DNA of 64,000 nt from a virus. This document shows, one piece after another, positions 48,095 through 57,453 of the stretch. The translations under genes and the position numbers were made by a program. The notes below the pieces were generated by a model that did not search any database, had not been told where the DNA came from, and saw nothing but the letters and a program-made list of their open reading frames with translations. Positions within the stretch are counted from its first letter, which is position 1, and every line of letters begins with the position of its first letter. Location: positions 1-64,000 of IMG/VR virus record IMGVR_UViG_3300044833_000182, one strand, 5' to 3'.

Positions 48095-48286
48095 ATGAAG
48101 GCATACACCTGTACGCAAGCCGAGCCCTGTCCGGAGAAGCGCGCCAAGGCGGAGACTCCCGCGGGGCATCTGTTCATCGTGAACCATCCCGACGCCGCGA
48201 AAATGGAAGTCATGGAAACGGACGGCAAGGGCGCAGAACACAAGCGCATGGCGAATGTGTGTCCCCACTGCCGGGAAATCTGGTGA
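48095..48286 (+). CDS. Small zinc-binding protein
   Basis: GAGGAG RBS; CPHC. Confidence 0.5.
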   Translation: MKAYTCTQAEPCPEKRAKAETPAGHLFIVNHPDAAKMEVMETDGKGAEHKRMANVCPHCREIW

Positions 48287-48452
48287 GGAGCGACCCCATG
48301 AAGAAGCACATCTTGCACTTCGCCCAGCTCCGCCACCGCGGCGAGCGCATCCACCCCCGGCACCGGCGGGATCGGGCGTTGTGGCGGGTGGTGCTGCGGG
48401 TGGTGCTGCGGGCGGTGGCGCCGCTGGTACGGCTACGGAAGGAGGAACAATC

Positions 48453-48731
48453 ATGGGCATGAACCCTGAACAGCGAGCAACGGTGTACGCGGACAAGATC
48501 GCCCAATCCTTCGGGATGGACAACAAGGACCGCAAGGAGGTGTATCTGCTGTTCCTCGAAGCACTCAAGGCGCAACAGGCGGACGCAATGCAGCCGCTGG
48601 TAACGATCCGCGACATTGCCCGCGAAGCGCCCGAAGGCGAACACGGCAGCGCGGACGAGGTTGTGGCCCGGTTGGGGGAGATTGCCCGCGACGCCCTGCG
48701 GCAGACGCTGGATCTGGAGGGGGACGCCTGA
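48453..48731 (+). CDS. Hypothetical protein
   Basis: AAGGAGG RBS. Confidence 0.55.
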   Translation: MGMNPEQRATVYADKIAQSFGMDNKDRKEVYLLFLEALKAQQADAMQPLVTIRDIAREAPEGEHGSADEVVARLGEIARDALRQTLDLEGDA

Positions 48732-49144
48732 TGATGACCCAGAACGATTGGGACCGCCTACAAACCATGATCCGAGAGGAGTTGGCGCGCGACGGCAAAC
48801 TGCGGGTGGACGTGGACGTTCTCTCCGCCCTCATCGGCGAGAAGCTCGCCCCCGTCGTCGCCGGCGCCGTGGCCGTCATGCAGGAAATGCGCGAGCGTGA
48901 CCGGAAGGCCGCAGGACACCGCGCCGCCCTGGAGCGAATCAGACTCCATGCCAACATCGGCGAACCATACTCCGCTGATGTCGCCCGGGAGGCGCTCGCC
49001 GGCACCAGCGAGAAACCAGCCGACCCCTGCCGCACCGCCCTGGAGCGCATTGCCCGTGAGTGCGGGGCGAGCCCGCAAGAGGCTACCGGCGTGCTGGCGG
49101 CGCGGATTGCAGGGGAAGCGCTGAAGCAGGAGGAAACGACGTGA
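48731..49144 (+). CDS. Hypothetical protein with internal repeat
   Basis: R.ALERI...A..A(L) twice. Confidence 0.55.
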   Translation: MMTQNDWDRLQTMIREELARDGKLRVDVDVLSALIGEKLAPVVAGAVAVMQEMRERDRKAAGHRAALERIRLHANIGEPYSADVAREALAGTSEKPADPCRTALERIARECGASPQEATGVLAARIAGEALKQEETT

Positions 49145-49845
49145 TCCGCACCGTGGGAGACGAGTTGCTGCAAGCGATCCGCGAAGAACCTGGCGTCGAT
49201 GCGCCGCGGATGATCTACGCCGACTGGCTGGAAGAGAACGGCGGGGACGCCGACCGCGCCGCCTTCATCCGCCTGTGCTGCATCAAGGGACGGTCCATGC
49301 TGCCCGTTGCGGCCGGGAAGATGCTCGACGCGCACGCGGACAAGTGGCTGCTGGAGCCGCTGGAGAAGCTGACCGGGCTGCCGATGATGGTTGGCTGGAG
49401 GAAGGGGCGCAGGTTGGCCTTGCGCGTCACAGGCGGGGGCAGCGTGAACGCCTGGGCAATCCTGAACTACCGTCGCGGGTTCGTCGCTGACGCGACGTTC
49501 TACACAATCAAGCAGGCGTACTACCTCGCCGGGGCGGTTATGGCGATCGAGCCAACGGCCGTCTGCCGCTTCGCCCATTCGCAAGCATTACCGTGCGGTT
49601 CATGGCATATCGACTGCCGGACGTTCATGGAGCCGCCGCCACTCGTCCCGCGCCCGTGGGAGCGCTTTTACGCGGAGTGGTTCGACCTGCTTGCCGGGTT
49701 CGAGGGGACTTCGGACGGCCACAAGCACTACATCCGCCAGTCGCGCGAGTCCCCGCAGCAGTGGCGCGACCGGGCGCATGGCGCCGCCGACGCGGCCTTG
49801 ACGGCGCTGGCACGGCAGAAGGCGGCGATGCTGTCGGCCGATTGA
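49141..49845 (+). CDS. TIGR02996 domain protein
   Basis: LLQAIREEPGVDAPRMIYADWLEENG..RAAFIRL, YRRGFV. Confidence 0.85.
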   Translation: MIRTVGDELLQAIREEPGVDAPRMIYADWLEENGGDADRAAFIRLCCIKGRSMLPVAAGKMLDAHADKWLLEPLEKLTGLPMMVGWRKGRRLALRVTGGGSVNAWAILNYRRGFVADATFYTIKQAYYLAGAVMAIEPTAVCRFAHSQALPCGSWHIDCRTFMEPPPLVPRPWERFYAEWFDLLAGFEGTSDGHKHYIRQSRESPQQWRDRAHGAADAALTALARQKAAMLSAD

Positions 49846-49927
49846 ACCACCCTTCCCCGGCGTGCGGCTTGTCGCCGCCGTCCCGCACTCGTTGGGCGCT
49901 TGCGCTGGGCCGGGAGAGGGGGACTTT
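49844..49927 (+). ncRNA. Intergenic structured element with C(UCGUU)G hairpin, copy 4
   Basis: Starts GAACCACCC like copy 1; CGCAC-TCGTT-GGGCG at 49884-49898. Confidence 0.45.
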
Positions 49928-49948
49928 CGCCAGTGAAGGAGGAACGCG

Positions 49949-50434
49949 ATGGCTGAGGAGAACGAATCGCCCAATGAAAGACCTCCGTTGTTCGTTGAGC
50001 CAACGACCAGGCAGGAGGCCGAAAAAAGGATTGTCACGCTCAACGGCGAGAAGGCCAGCATCGAGGGGCAACTCTCAAACATGGGGAAGAGGCATCCGGA
50101 CGGGCAGATGATGACCGGCGTTGAGTACCATCAGTGGCGACATCGCGCCATCTGCGCGGTGAAGTGGAAGACAAGCGAGGCGCTCTTCCTGAAAAGGTGG
50201 CTAGCGGCTCATCCGCCGGCAAGCGAGGGCGTCGGTGGGAGCCTGAAGCGCCCTATGGGAAACATCATGAAAACGCTCGGCAGGCAGGTGGCGGCGATGG
50301 AGAAAATACGCCTGGCCGCGATGGAATTGCTGGAAGGTCTGCCCGCCGATCAGACCGAAGAGGTTGAATTGCTGACGGACAACCTCGCGGCGGCGCTCGA
50401 TGCGTTTGAACAAACAACCGCGGAAGATTCCTGA
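49949..50434 (+). CDS. Hypothetical protein
   Basis: AAGGAGG RBS. Confidence 0.6.
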   Translation: MAEENESPNERPPLFVEPTTRQEAEKRIVTLNGEKASIEGQLSNMGKRHPDGQMMTGVEYHQWRHRAICAVKWKTSEALFLKRWLAAHPPASEGVGGSLKRPMGNIMKTLGRQVAAMEKIRLAAMELLEGLPADQTEEVELLTDNLAAALDAFEQTTAEDS

Positions 50435-50448
50435 TAGGAGCAACGCCG

Positions 50449-50838
50449 ATGCAATCCGGAACCATCCACCTGCCCCGCCCCTGCCGCAAGCGCGTCGCCT
50501 CCCTCGACGCGCTCTTCCCGGACGACGCGCGGCTCGGCGACTTCCTCAGCGGCGACAACCGCCCGGACTGCACCAGCGCCGCGGGCCGCGACCGGATGGA
50601 CCGGCTCGATGAGTTGCTGGCCCTGCTGACGGCGCGACAGCGGGAGATTCTCCTGATGAGCGTCGAGTGCGGCAACGTGGAGGCGGCCCGGCGGCTGGGG
50701 GTGGTGGTCGGCAGCGTTGCGATGACGAAAGCCCTTTGCTTGCTGAAGTTTCAGCGGGCGATAGCCGGACAGCGGGTGTGCGCGTGGCGGGGGCGGCCGG
50801 AGAAGGTCAAGCGGCGGCCGGGGGAGAGGGCGGGGTGA
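50449..50838 (+). CDS. Sigma-70 region 3/4-like protein
   Basis: VASLDA..RLGDFL; LTARQREIL..EAARRLGV. Confidence 0.65.
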   Translation: MQSGTIHLPRPCRKRVASLDALFPDDARLGDFLSGDNRPDCTSAAGRDRMDRLDELLALLTARQREILLMSVECGNVEAARRLGVVVGSVAMTKALCLLKFQRAIAGQRVCAWRGRPEKVKRRPGERAG

Positions 50839-50893
50839 ACCGCGGACCGCGGTGGAGGAGCGACGAGGGGCGGGGGAGGGGAGGGATGATGGG

Positions 50894-51175
50894 TTACTTC
50901 TCCGGCCTCCTCAGCCTATCCATTACCGCCTGATAATCCCGGGTGATTGCTGGACGGTTGATGGAATCGAGGTAGTCGGTGAGTTTTAGGCGCTTACCGC
51001 CCGGCGCCTTGGTGTGAGCGCAAACGATCCGGGCTTGCTCGATCAGTTCGACCGCAAGACGGACGGTCGCAGTAGGAGCCTGGTAGGGTTCCGGCTCCGG
51101 AGGAGGATCAGGCGCGGGAGGGGAAGAAGGTGTCTTCTTTGCCACGGCAGGGTCCAGTAATGCCAGGGTCGTCAC
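50894..51175 (-). CDS. Small repressor-like protein 2 (ribbon-helix-helix-like)
   Basis: TVRLAVELIEQARIVC..KRLKLTDYLD..RP..RDY; paralog of 35578-35847. Confidence 0.6.
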   Translation of the reverse strand: MTTLALLDPAVAKKTPSSPPAPDPPPEPEPYQAPTATVRLAVELIEQARIVCAHTKAPGGKRLKLTDYLDSINRPAITRDYQAVMDRLRRPEK

Positions 51176-51287
51176 AAACTACTCCTGTTTCAAGGGTAAC
51201 AGTGTCGATGGCACACGACCAGACGCCGTACCATTGTACGCGGAAATCCCGTTCCAGTGACACTTGTAAATTACGGTTTCTGTGTCA

Positions 51288-51316
51288 TTGACACTTTGTG
51301 TCAGTAGCACTATACT
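51288..51316 (+). promoter_or_regulatory. Sigma70-type promoter of early operon 2 overlapped by TGACAC/GTGTCA motifs
   Basis: TTGACA-17 bp-TATACT. Confidence 0.8.
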
Positions 51317-51364
51317 ACGTTCTGACAAACAACGCAACCCCATCGCCCACGAGGAACTGTCGCA

Positions 51365-51571
51365 ATGAGGTACTACCTGGAGATCGAAGAGAACAACGAC
51401 CGCCTCCCGGTCGGCAACCTCCGCGGTTACACCACGCTCGACGAAGCGAAGAAGGAAGCCGAGAAGTACGTTGACGACACTCTCCCCGCCAACCGCGTTC
51501 GCGTCTTTGCCCACGTCGCGACCGCGTATCTTCGCGGCGACGGCGAGGCCGCCGTTCAGGACGAGAAGTGA
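51365..51571 (+). CDS. Hypothetical protein
   Basis: First ORF after promoter. Confidence 0.6.
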   Translation: MRYYLEIEENNDRLPVGNLRGYTTLDEAKKEAEKYVDDTLPANRVRVFAHVATAYLRGDGEAAVQDEK

Positions 51572-51607
51572 ACCCCATCGCTCCTTCACCCCACGAGGTC
51601 ACCTACC

Positions 51608-51790
51608 ATGACTCGCCGCGCAGCAAGACTCCTGAAGCGGTTTGAGAACGCCGCCCGCGAACTCTCCTGGCTCGGCGGGCGCGATCCGGACGCCCACGAC
51701 GAGATCCAGAGTGAGTACAAGGCGGCGCGGAAGGCGCTGATGGAGTACATCGGAGAACTGGAGAAGGCCACGGAAGGGGTGAGGCAGTGA
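51608..51790 (+). CDS. Hypothetical protein
   Basis: GAGG RBS. Confidence 0.6.
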   Translation: MTRRAARLLKRFENAARELSWLGGRDPDAHDEIQSEYKAARKALMEYIGELEKATEGVRQ

Positions 51791-52047
51791 AAGCATGTGA
51801 CCGCTGCCTGGCAGCAAATGCCTTCAAGACATCCATCCTGTTCGGCAAACACGACGGATCACGGAAGAGCGGCGCGCGCCGGATTCTGAGCGTGAACTGT
51901 GAGTTGTGCGACCAGTGTATCACCGATTTGCTTCACGAGTTCGGCCGGTTGAAGGCGGCCTTCCTCAAGGCCGGCATCAGCCCGGACGGCCCAGCGAAAA
52001 ACATGAAAGAACCCATTTCGCCCGCAACAATGGAGACCGCATCATGA
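51787..52047 (+). CDS. Zinc-binding protein
   Basis: CDRC...LCDQC. Confidence 0.55.
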   Translation: MKACDRCLAANAFKTSILFGKHDGSRKSGARRILSVNCELCDQCITDLLHEFGRLKAAFLKAGISPDGPAKNMKEPISPATMETAS

Positions 52048-52778
52048 GCGTTTTCAAGCGTCCCACGGGCAAGACCGGCAGCGGCGGCGACTTCGAGTTG
52101 CCCAGCGAAGAACCCCAACCCGCCGTCCTCATCGGTATCATCGACATCGGCACGCAGACGAGCCCGAAGTACGGCAAGAGCCGTCAGGGCGTGTTCATCT
52201 GGGAGTTGACCGGCGAGGAGAGGAAGAAGGACAACACCCCTTTCATCCTGGCGCACAAGTTCACGTTGAGCATGAACGAGAAAAGCAACCTGTACAAGTT
52301 CGTCAAGGCGTGGCGGAAGAATGTCACGGACGGCGAGGAGTACGACGTGGCCGGACTCCTCGGGATGAAGGCCGTGCTCAACATCGAGCTGAAGGGCGGG
52401 CAGGGCGAGAAGGGGGACCGGACCTACCTGGAAATTCTGGGGGCGAACAAGCCGGCCAAGGGCCAGACGGTGAACGACCCGGAGAACGACCCTCTCCTCT
52501 GGGAGATCGAGGGCGGGAGTGAGTTGCCCGAGCAGAAGTGGATTCCCAACCTCTACGGCAAGCCGATCCAGGAGATGATTCGCGAGTCCGACGAGTGGCG
52601 CGCCCGCGAGGCGCAGCGCGCCGGCGCCGAGAAGACGAAGGCTGTGGAGAAGGAAGCCGACGCCGCGTTCAGCAGGGCCGCCCCGGCGCCTGAACCTGAG
52701 CCGGAGGAAGAGCCGCCCGTGCGCGCCGGCAAGCGGCAGACGACAGCCGCGGCTGTTGAAGACGAGATCCCGTACTGA
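52044..52778 (+). CDS. Putative single-stranded DNA-binding replication protein
   Basis: IIDIGTQ, FTLSMNEKSNLYK, acidic tail EDEIPY. Confidence 0.65.
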   Translation: MSVFKRPTGKTGSGGDFELPSEEPQPAVLIGIIDIGTQTSPKYGKSRQGVFIWELTGEERKKDNTPFILAHKFTLSMNEKSNLYKFVKAWRKNVTDGEEYDVAGLLGMKAVLNIELKGGQGEKGDRTYLEILGANKPAKGQTVNDPENDPLLWEIEGGSELPEQKWIPNLYGKPIQEMIRESDEWRAREAQRAGAEKTKAVEKEADAAFSRAAPAPEPEPEEEPPVRAGKRQTTAAAVEDEIPY

Positions 52779-52794
52779 TCCAAGCGAGGCTGAC

Positions 52795-53115
52795 ATGGCC
52801 AGCATCTTTCTTCAGTGCGTGGTGGGCGGCGGCACGGAAGCTCCGCCCACCGGCGCCCCGTCGCTCCTGATGGAGCCGGTCGTTGTTCGGGAAGCGAACC
52901 TCGTGGTGAACGAGATCGCCTGCGCGAACGGCCGTGCCTGGCAGGTTCGCCGTACTTCTGCGCTCAAGGCAGGCGCAAAGGAGCCGGGCGACGTTCACCG
53001 GGTGACGTTCGCCTCGGGCGTGTGGTCATGCTGCTGCAAGGCGTGGCAGTATCGGGGCGCGTGCAGGCACGCCAGCGCCGTCAAGCAACTGCTCAACGGG
53101 GAAAGTCATGGGTAA
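52795..53115 (+). CDS. SWIM zinc-finger protein
   Basis: WSCCCKAWQYRGACRH. Confidence 0.75.
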   Translation: MASIFLQCVVGGGTEAPPTGAPSLLMEPVVVREANLVVNEIACANGRAWQVRRTSALKAGAKEPGDVHRVTFASGVWSCCCKAWQYRGACRHASAVKQLLNGESHG

Positions 53116-53344
53116 GAACGTGTGCTCCCACGTCCGCAAGGCGTTCTTCCGCCAGCAGATGGCGGACGGCCGATTTCAGGTGCGCGAGGCCTGCCTCGAT
53201 TGCTGGGAGAACCCGCGCGGGAGTGGAGTCTGGGTGAGCCGGAGCGAGTTGATCGTCCCGCTGGAAGACCTGCCCTTGTATCCGGACGCGCAAGAACGGG
53301 TCATCCCTGGCCAGCCCCGGCAAGGCGATCTTTTCGGGGGCTAA
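53108..53344 (+). CDS. Hypothetical protein
   Basis: Overlapping coupled ORF. Confidence 0.55.
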   Translation: MGKNVCSHVRKAFFRQQMADGRFQVREACLDCWENPRGSGVWVSRSELIVPLEDLPLYPDAQERVIPGQPRQGDLFGG

Positions 53345-55542
53345 TGATGGCGAGCATCTTCACCGTTCCCGTGGAAGCAGCAAGCAACACCTCTACAGCG
53401 GACATCGACGCCGCGGAGATTCGCCGCGCCATGACCCTTTTCGGGGCTCACGAGAAACTGGTGGAGATCCGCGCTGTCTTCGGCGAGCGTCGCAAGGCGA
53501 GAGGGCGATTCCATCCAGGCACAGACCTTGACGCTTTCGTAGAGACGGCGCGGATGTTTTCGGGCGAGGGAGCGACCAGCATCTATTTCACCATCAATCC
53601 TGTACCAACGGAGCCAGCCAAACTCACCACCGACAATGACGTTTTGCATCGACAGCTACTGTTCATTGACGTGGACGCTCTCACGCCCGACGCACACAGC
53701 AACAGCAGCGAGCCGGAGCACGAGGCGGCGCGAGAAATGGCGCTTGCCGTCCGCGAAGCACTTGCAACGGAAGGCTGGCCGACGCCGATTCTCGCCGACA
53801 GCGGCAACGGCTGGCATCTCTATTACTGGATCGACCTGCCCGCTGACGAGCCCACCCGGGAACTTATCTCCGCTTTCCTGAAGCGGCTCAAGACGAAGTT
53901 TGACGGCGGCGGCAAGATCGACCCGGCCGTCTCCAACGCCGGGCGAATCAGCAAACTCCCCGGAACATGGGCGCGTAAAGGTCTGGACAGTCCAGACCGT
54001 CCCCACCGACAGGCGCGCCTGCTCTGGGTTCCGGAGGAAAAAGAGCTTGTTTCGCCAGAACAGATTGGAGCGTTTCTCGCAGCAACTACCGAAAAGACCC
54101 ACAAGGCCAACGGGACAGTGCCGCCCTTCTCGGCGTTGAAGCCGCGAGTGAACGCCAGCGGCAGCGATTCCGCCTACGCCCGCAAAGCGCTCGCGGACGA
54201 ATGCGCCCGCATGGCGATGACTTCCAGCGGCGGCTTGAACACCCAGCTTTTTAAGTCCGGCGCCGCGTGCGGGAACTTCGTCCCGCACCTTCTTTCCGAG
54301 GCTGAGGTTTTCGATTGTCTTCTAGCGGCCGCGCATACGGCGGGATGCGACAACCCCGCCAAGGATGAGGACACCCTCCGGCGGGGCATCCACCAGGGCA
54401 TGGAGACGCCCCGGTATGCACCCAAGCCAGCGCCCGTCAGTGCGCCGCCTTCCGCGACGGAAGCCAACGGCGTTCTGGAGCGGGTCACAATCACGGCCAT
54501 TGAAATAACACCGCGAAAGGTTGAATTCCTCTGGCCGGGCCGGATTCCCGCCAACAAATTGACTACCTTCGCCGGAGTTGGGGGACTGGGAAAAACTTTT
54601 TCACTCTGCGACATAGCCGCCCGCTTGAGTACCGGCGCTCCCTGGCCCGACGACCCGGACAGCGCTGCGCCCAAGGGGCGGTCGCTCATTATCAGCGGCG
54701 AGGACGACGCCGACGACACGCTTGTCCCCCGTCTGATCGGCATGGGGGCCGACCTTAACCGCGTGTCCTTCCTGACCATCAAGGCCCTTGACCATTTCAC
54801 CCTCCAGCAGTTGCCCTTGCTGGAGCGCGCCTTGGAAGAGATGCGCGGCGAATGCCGATTCCTCGCCATCGACCCGCCCACGGCCTACCTCGGAGGGATC
54901 GACGATCACAAAAACGCCGAACTCCGGCAACTGCTGACGCCCCTGAAGAGTTTCGCGCACAAGCACAACGTCGCCATCGTTTTCAACACGCACATCACGA
55001 AATCCGGAGGCGTCAAGGTAGAGGCGATGATGCGCGTGATGGGTTCCGTTGCCTGGGTCAACGCCGTCCGCGCGGCACACCTGTTCGCCCGCGACCCCGA
55101 TGATAAGGACCGCCGGCTCTTCCTCTGCATGAAGATGAACGTGGCCAAGGAGAAGAGGGGCCTCGCCTATCGGCTCGTGGGCGAGCCGGGCGAGGACGCA
55201 GGGCGCCTGGAATGGATGGGTGAAGTGGACACGTCGGCGGACGACGCCATCAACGCTGGCGGCAAGCAGTCACGCGGGGTTGTCGCTTCCCGGTGGTTAA
55301 TCGAGCGGTTCCGCGAAAACCTCGAATGGCGGTCAGACGACCTGATCGAGGCCGGTAGGCAGAACGGCGTCAGCCGCAACGCCCTCTTCGAGGCGAAGGA
55401 TCGCCTTTGCCTGCCCAAGGCAAGGAAGACCACCCACACCAACGGAGACACCTGCTGGGTCTGGTGGGTTCCGGCGGACTGGCCTCATTTCCAGGCGTCC
55501 GTTAAACCGGAAGCCGCTGGGCCCGATGAAACGCCGTTCTGA
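53344..55542 (+). CDS. Primase-helicase (RepB/AEP-like primase plus AAA_25 ATPase plus C-terminal winged-helix-like domain)
   Basis: FIDVD, DSGNGWHLY, KLPGT; GVGGLGKT, SGEDD, LAIDP. Confidence 0.85.
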   Translation: MMASIFTVPVEAASNTSTADIDAAEIRRAMTLFGAHEKLVEIRAVFGERRKARGRFHPGTDLDAFVETARMFSGEGATSIYFTINPVPTEPAKLTTDNDVLHRQLLFIDVDALTPDAHSNSSEPEHEAAREMALAVREALATEGWPTPILADSGNGWHLYYWIDLPADEPTRELISAFLKRLKTKFDGGGKIDPAVSNAGRISKLPGTWARKGLDSPDRPHRQARLLWVPEEKELVSPEQIGAFLAATTEKTHKANGTVPPFSALKPRVNASGSDSAYARKALADECARMAMTSSGGLNTQLFKSGAACGNFVPHLLSEAEVFDCLLAAAHTAGCDNPAKDEDTLRRGIHQGMETPRYAPKPAPVSAPPSATEANGVLERVTITAIEITPRKVEFLWPGRIPANKLTTFAGVGGLGKTFSLCDIAARLSTGAPWPDDPDSAAPKGRSLIISGEDDADDTLVPRLIGMGADLNRVSFLTIKALDHFTLQQLPLLERALEEMRGECRFLAIDPPTAYLGGIDDHKNAELRQLLTPLKSFAHKHNVAIVFNTHITKSGGVKVEAMMRVMGSVAWVNAVRAAHLFARDPDDKDRRLFLCMKMNVAKEKRGLAYRLVGEPGEDAGRLEWMGEVDTSADDAINAGGKQSRGVVASRWLIERFRENLEWRSDDLIEAGRQNGVSRNALFEAKDRLCLPKARKTTHTNGDTCWVWWVPADWPHFQASVKPEAAGPDETPF

Positions 55543-55544
55543 GG

Positions 55545-55814
55545 TCAAGTGTCCCGGTTTCTCTCCCCAAGTGGGGCCGGGACGATTGGGACGATTGCAA
55601 CACTTGAGGTTAAGTCTATATGCGACAACATGTTGGGTCTGTCCCATTTACCACTGTCCTCGAATGGAGAGCGGGACACTTGAAAAGTGCCGGGACACTT
55701 GAGCGCTTTTTCAAGTGTTTCAATCGTCCCGGTTTAAATTTCCACCGGGACGATTGAAACACACCTGTTTAGCTGTGAAACAGGTCAAGTGTTGCAATCG
55801 TTTCAATCGTCCCG
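55545..55814. repeat. Putative replication origin: direct and inverted GGGACGATTG / GGGACACTTG repeats
   Basis: Forward copies 55579, 55588, 55673, 55692, 55747; inverted copies 55546, 55721, 55804. Confidence 0.75.
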
Positions 55815-55835
55815 AAAACCCTCTAGGAGGATTCC

Positions 55836-56213
55836 ATGAAACAGATCATTTTGACCCTTCCCGAGAACGTCGAGCTTCTCCTGAACGAGGCCGCCACTCG
55901 TCACTTGATGAGCCTGGAAGGCTACGCTTCCCACGTCCTGACCCGGGCGCTTCAGCGGGGCAGTCGCCATCAGGGACAGACCCCTTACCGCCGCAAGAAC
56001 GCCGCCGCGTTTCTCCACAGACTCGCAGCCGAAAAGACCCTCTGGGTTGCCACGGACTTGTGGACTCGCGCCCGGGAAGACGGCGTCAGCCGACAGGCCA
56101 TCTTCGAGGCGAAGGAGGATTCGCTGATCGAGATCCGACGCAGAAAGATGGAAGAGTCCGTCTGCTGGATCTGGGACCTGAGCCAGCTTGTCCAGAGCAA
56201 CGATCACTCCTAA
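55836..56213 (+). CDS. RHH-like N-terminus fused to a copy of the primase C-terminal domain
   Basis: GVSRQAIFEAK..CWIW vs primase GVSRNALFEAK..CWVW. Confidence 0.65.
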   Translation: MKQIILTLPENVELLLNEAATRHLMSLEGYASHVLTRALQRGSRHQGQTPYRRKNAAAFLHRLAAEKTLWVATDLWTRAREDGVSRQAIFEAKEDSLIEIRRRKMEESVCWIWDLSQLVQSNDHS

Positions 56214-56240
56214 CCACCCAAACGCTTGAAGGGAGATTAC

Positions 56241-57401
56241 ATGGCCAGACTCGCTGATCTCATCTCGCAATGGAAATGGACGCCCCCTGTCACCTACTCC
56301 GGGGCGACTGACGACGTGCTTGCGGAATGGAAAACCGCCGCCGATGATCTGCGCGACAAGATTGCCGCTTCGGTGATCATCTCTGCCGACAACGTTTGCG
56401 AGTACCTCTTCGCTGGAACGGACCAGGAAGAATGGGAATACATGAAGGATTTCCCCTGCTGCGCCCCGCCCTTCCCGTCCTTCTTTATCGAGATGGCTCG
56501 CCCCTCTCGCATCACTTCAGAGAAACCTCGTCCCGGGTCGTCCGCCTCCATGCTCCCCTTGCAATGGGGTTGGTATTTCGAGGCGATCGACCACGCCGAA
56601 ATCATCGCCGGACAAACCGAGACGCCCGGGGAAGCCGTATCCCGCCTGGAGAAAATCGCTGCACAAGTTGAGCGGGTAATCGATGTTCGCCTTATCCAGG
56701 CTGCGGCACAGTCAACAAACCACGGCGTTGACCCAGCAGCCGCGTTTGCCGGATTGCCTGATCGCGAGAAAGACTACGTCATGCTTCTTCGCACCATCGA
56801 AGCCGCAAAAGAAGGTAACGCCAACTTTGCCCAGGGCGTAGCCCAGGAGCTTGCGGCTACATCCTGGATTCTCAAAGCCGTTCTGGTTGCTTCGTCGCCT
56901 GGAAAAATCGTTGGCCCGTCTCTCGCCCTGTCTTTCCAGATTGGCGAGGCCGGAAACATCCTCCACAAGCCGATGTTGCAGGTTTATGGAAACCACGCCT
57001 TTAACAATCGATCTCTTGCCGAAGGGTTGAGTCAGACTTCCGGGCCGCTGATCTTCCCTGCTCTTCTCGCGCTCTCATTCGTCAATTGCAAGAACGTACA
57101 GGTCGTGAATCACGAGCCGGCGCCGCCATCGTCCGGTACTCACCTGAAGCGCCCGCTTCTTCGTTACCACGTTCTCAACATCGAACCGATGAAGACGGTT
57201 CTTCGGCGTGATGGCGGCTCGGAGACTGCCGGTGTGAAACGCGCGCTTCACATCTGTAGGGGCCACTTCGCTAACTACACCGAGCGCGGCCTGTTCGGTA
57301 AGTATTTCGGCCGCTTCTGGGTTCCCTCCCACGTTCGCGGCAGCACATCTCAGGGATACATGGAAAAGGACTATGCGGTTCAACCCGGGAAGCATTCGTG
57401 A
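56241..57401 (+). CDS. Conserved phage protein of unknown function
   Basis: C-terminal HICRGHF..FWVPSHVRG motif. Confidence 0.65.
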   Translation: MARLADLISQWKWTPPVTYSGATDDVLAEWKTAADDLRDKIAASVIISADNVCEYLFAGTDQEEWEYMKDFPCCAPPFPSFFIEMARPSRITSEKPRPGSSASMLPLQWGWYFEAIDHAEIIAGQTETPGEAVSRLEKIAAQVERVIDVRLIQAAAQSTNHGVDPAAAFAGLPDREKDYVMLLRTIEAAKEGNANFAQGVAQELAATSWILKAVLVASSPGKIVGPSLALSFQIGEAGNILHKPMLQVYGNHAFNNRSLAEGLSQTSGPLIFPALLALSFVNCKNVQVVNHEPAPPSSGTHLKRPLLRYHVLNIEPMKTVLRRDGGSETAGVKRALHICRGHFANYTERGLFGKYFGRFWVPSHVRGSTSQGYMEKDYAVQPGKHS

Positions 57402-57453
57402 CCACCGACGCCGTCTGTGAGACAAACAATCCCAACCCTTGAGGACCAGTGCC

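Noticed and set aside
55545-55814. CRISPR array
   Set aside because: Repeats are 10 bp, in both orientations and irregularly spaced; fits an origin. No CRISPR array seen in the window
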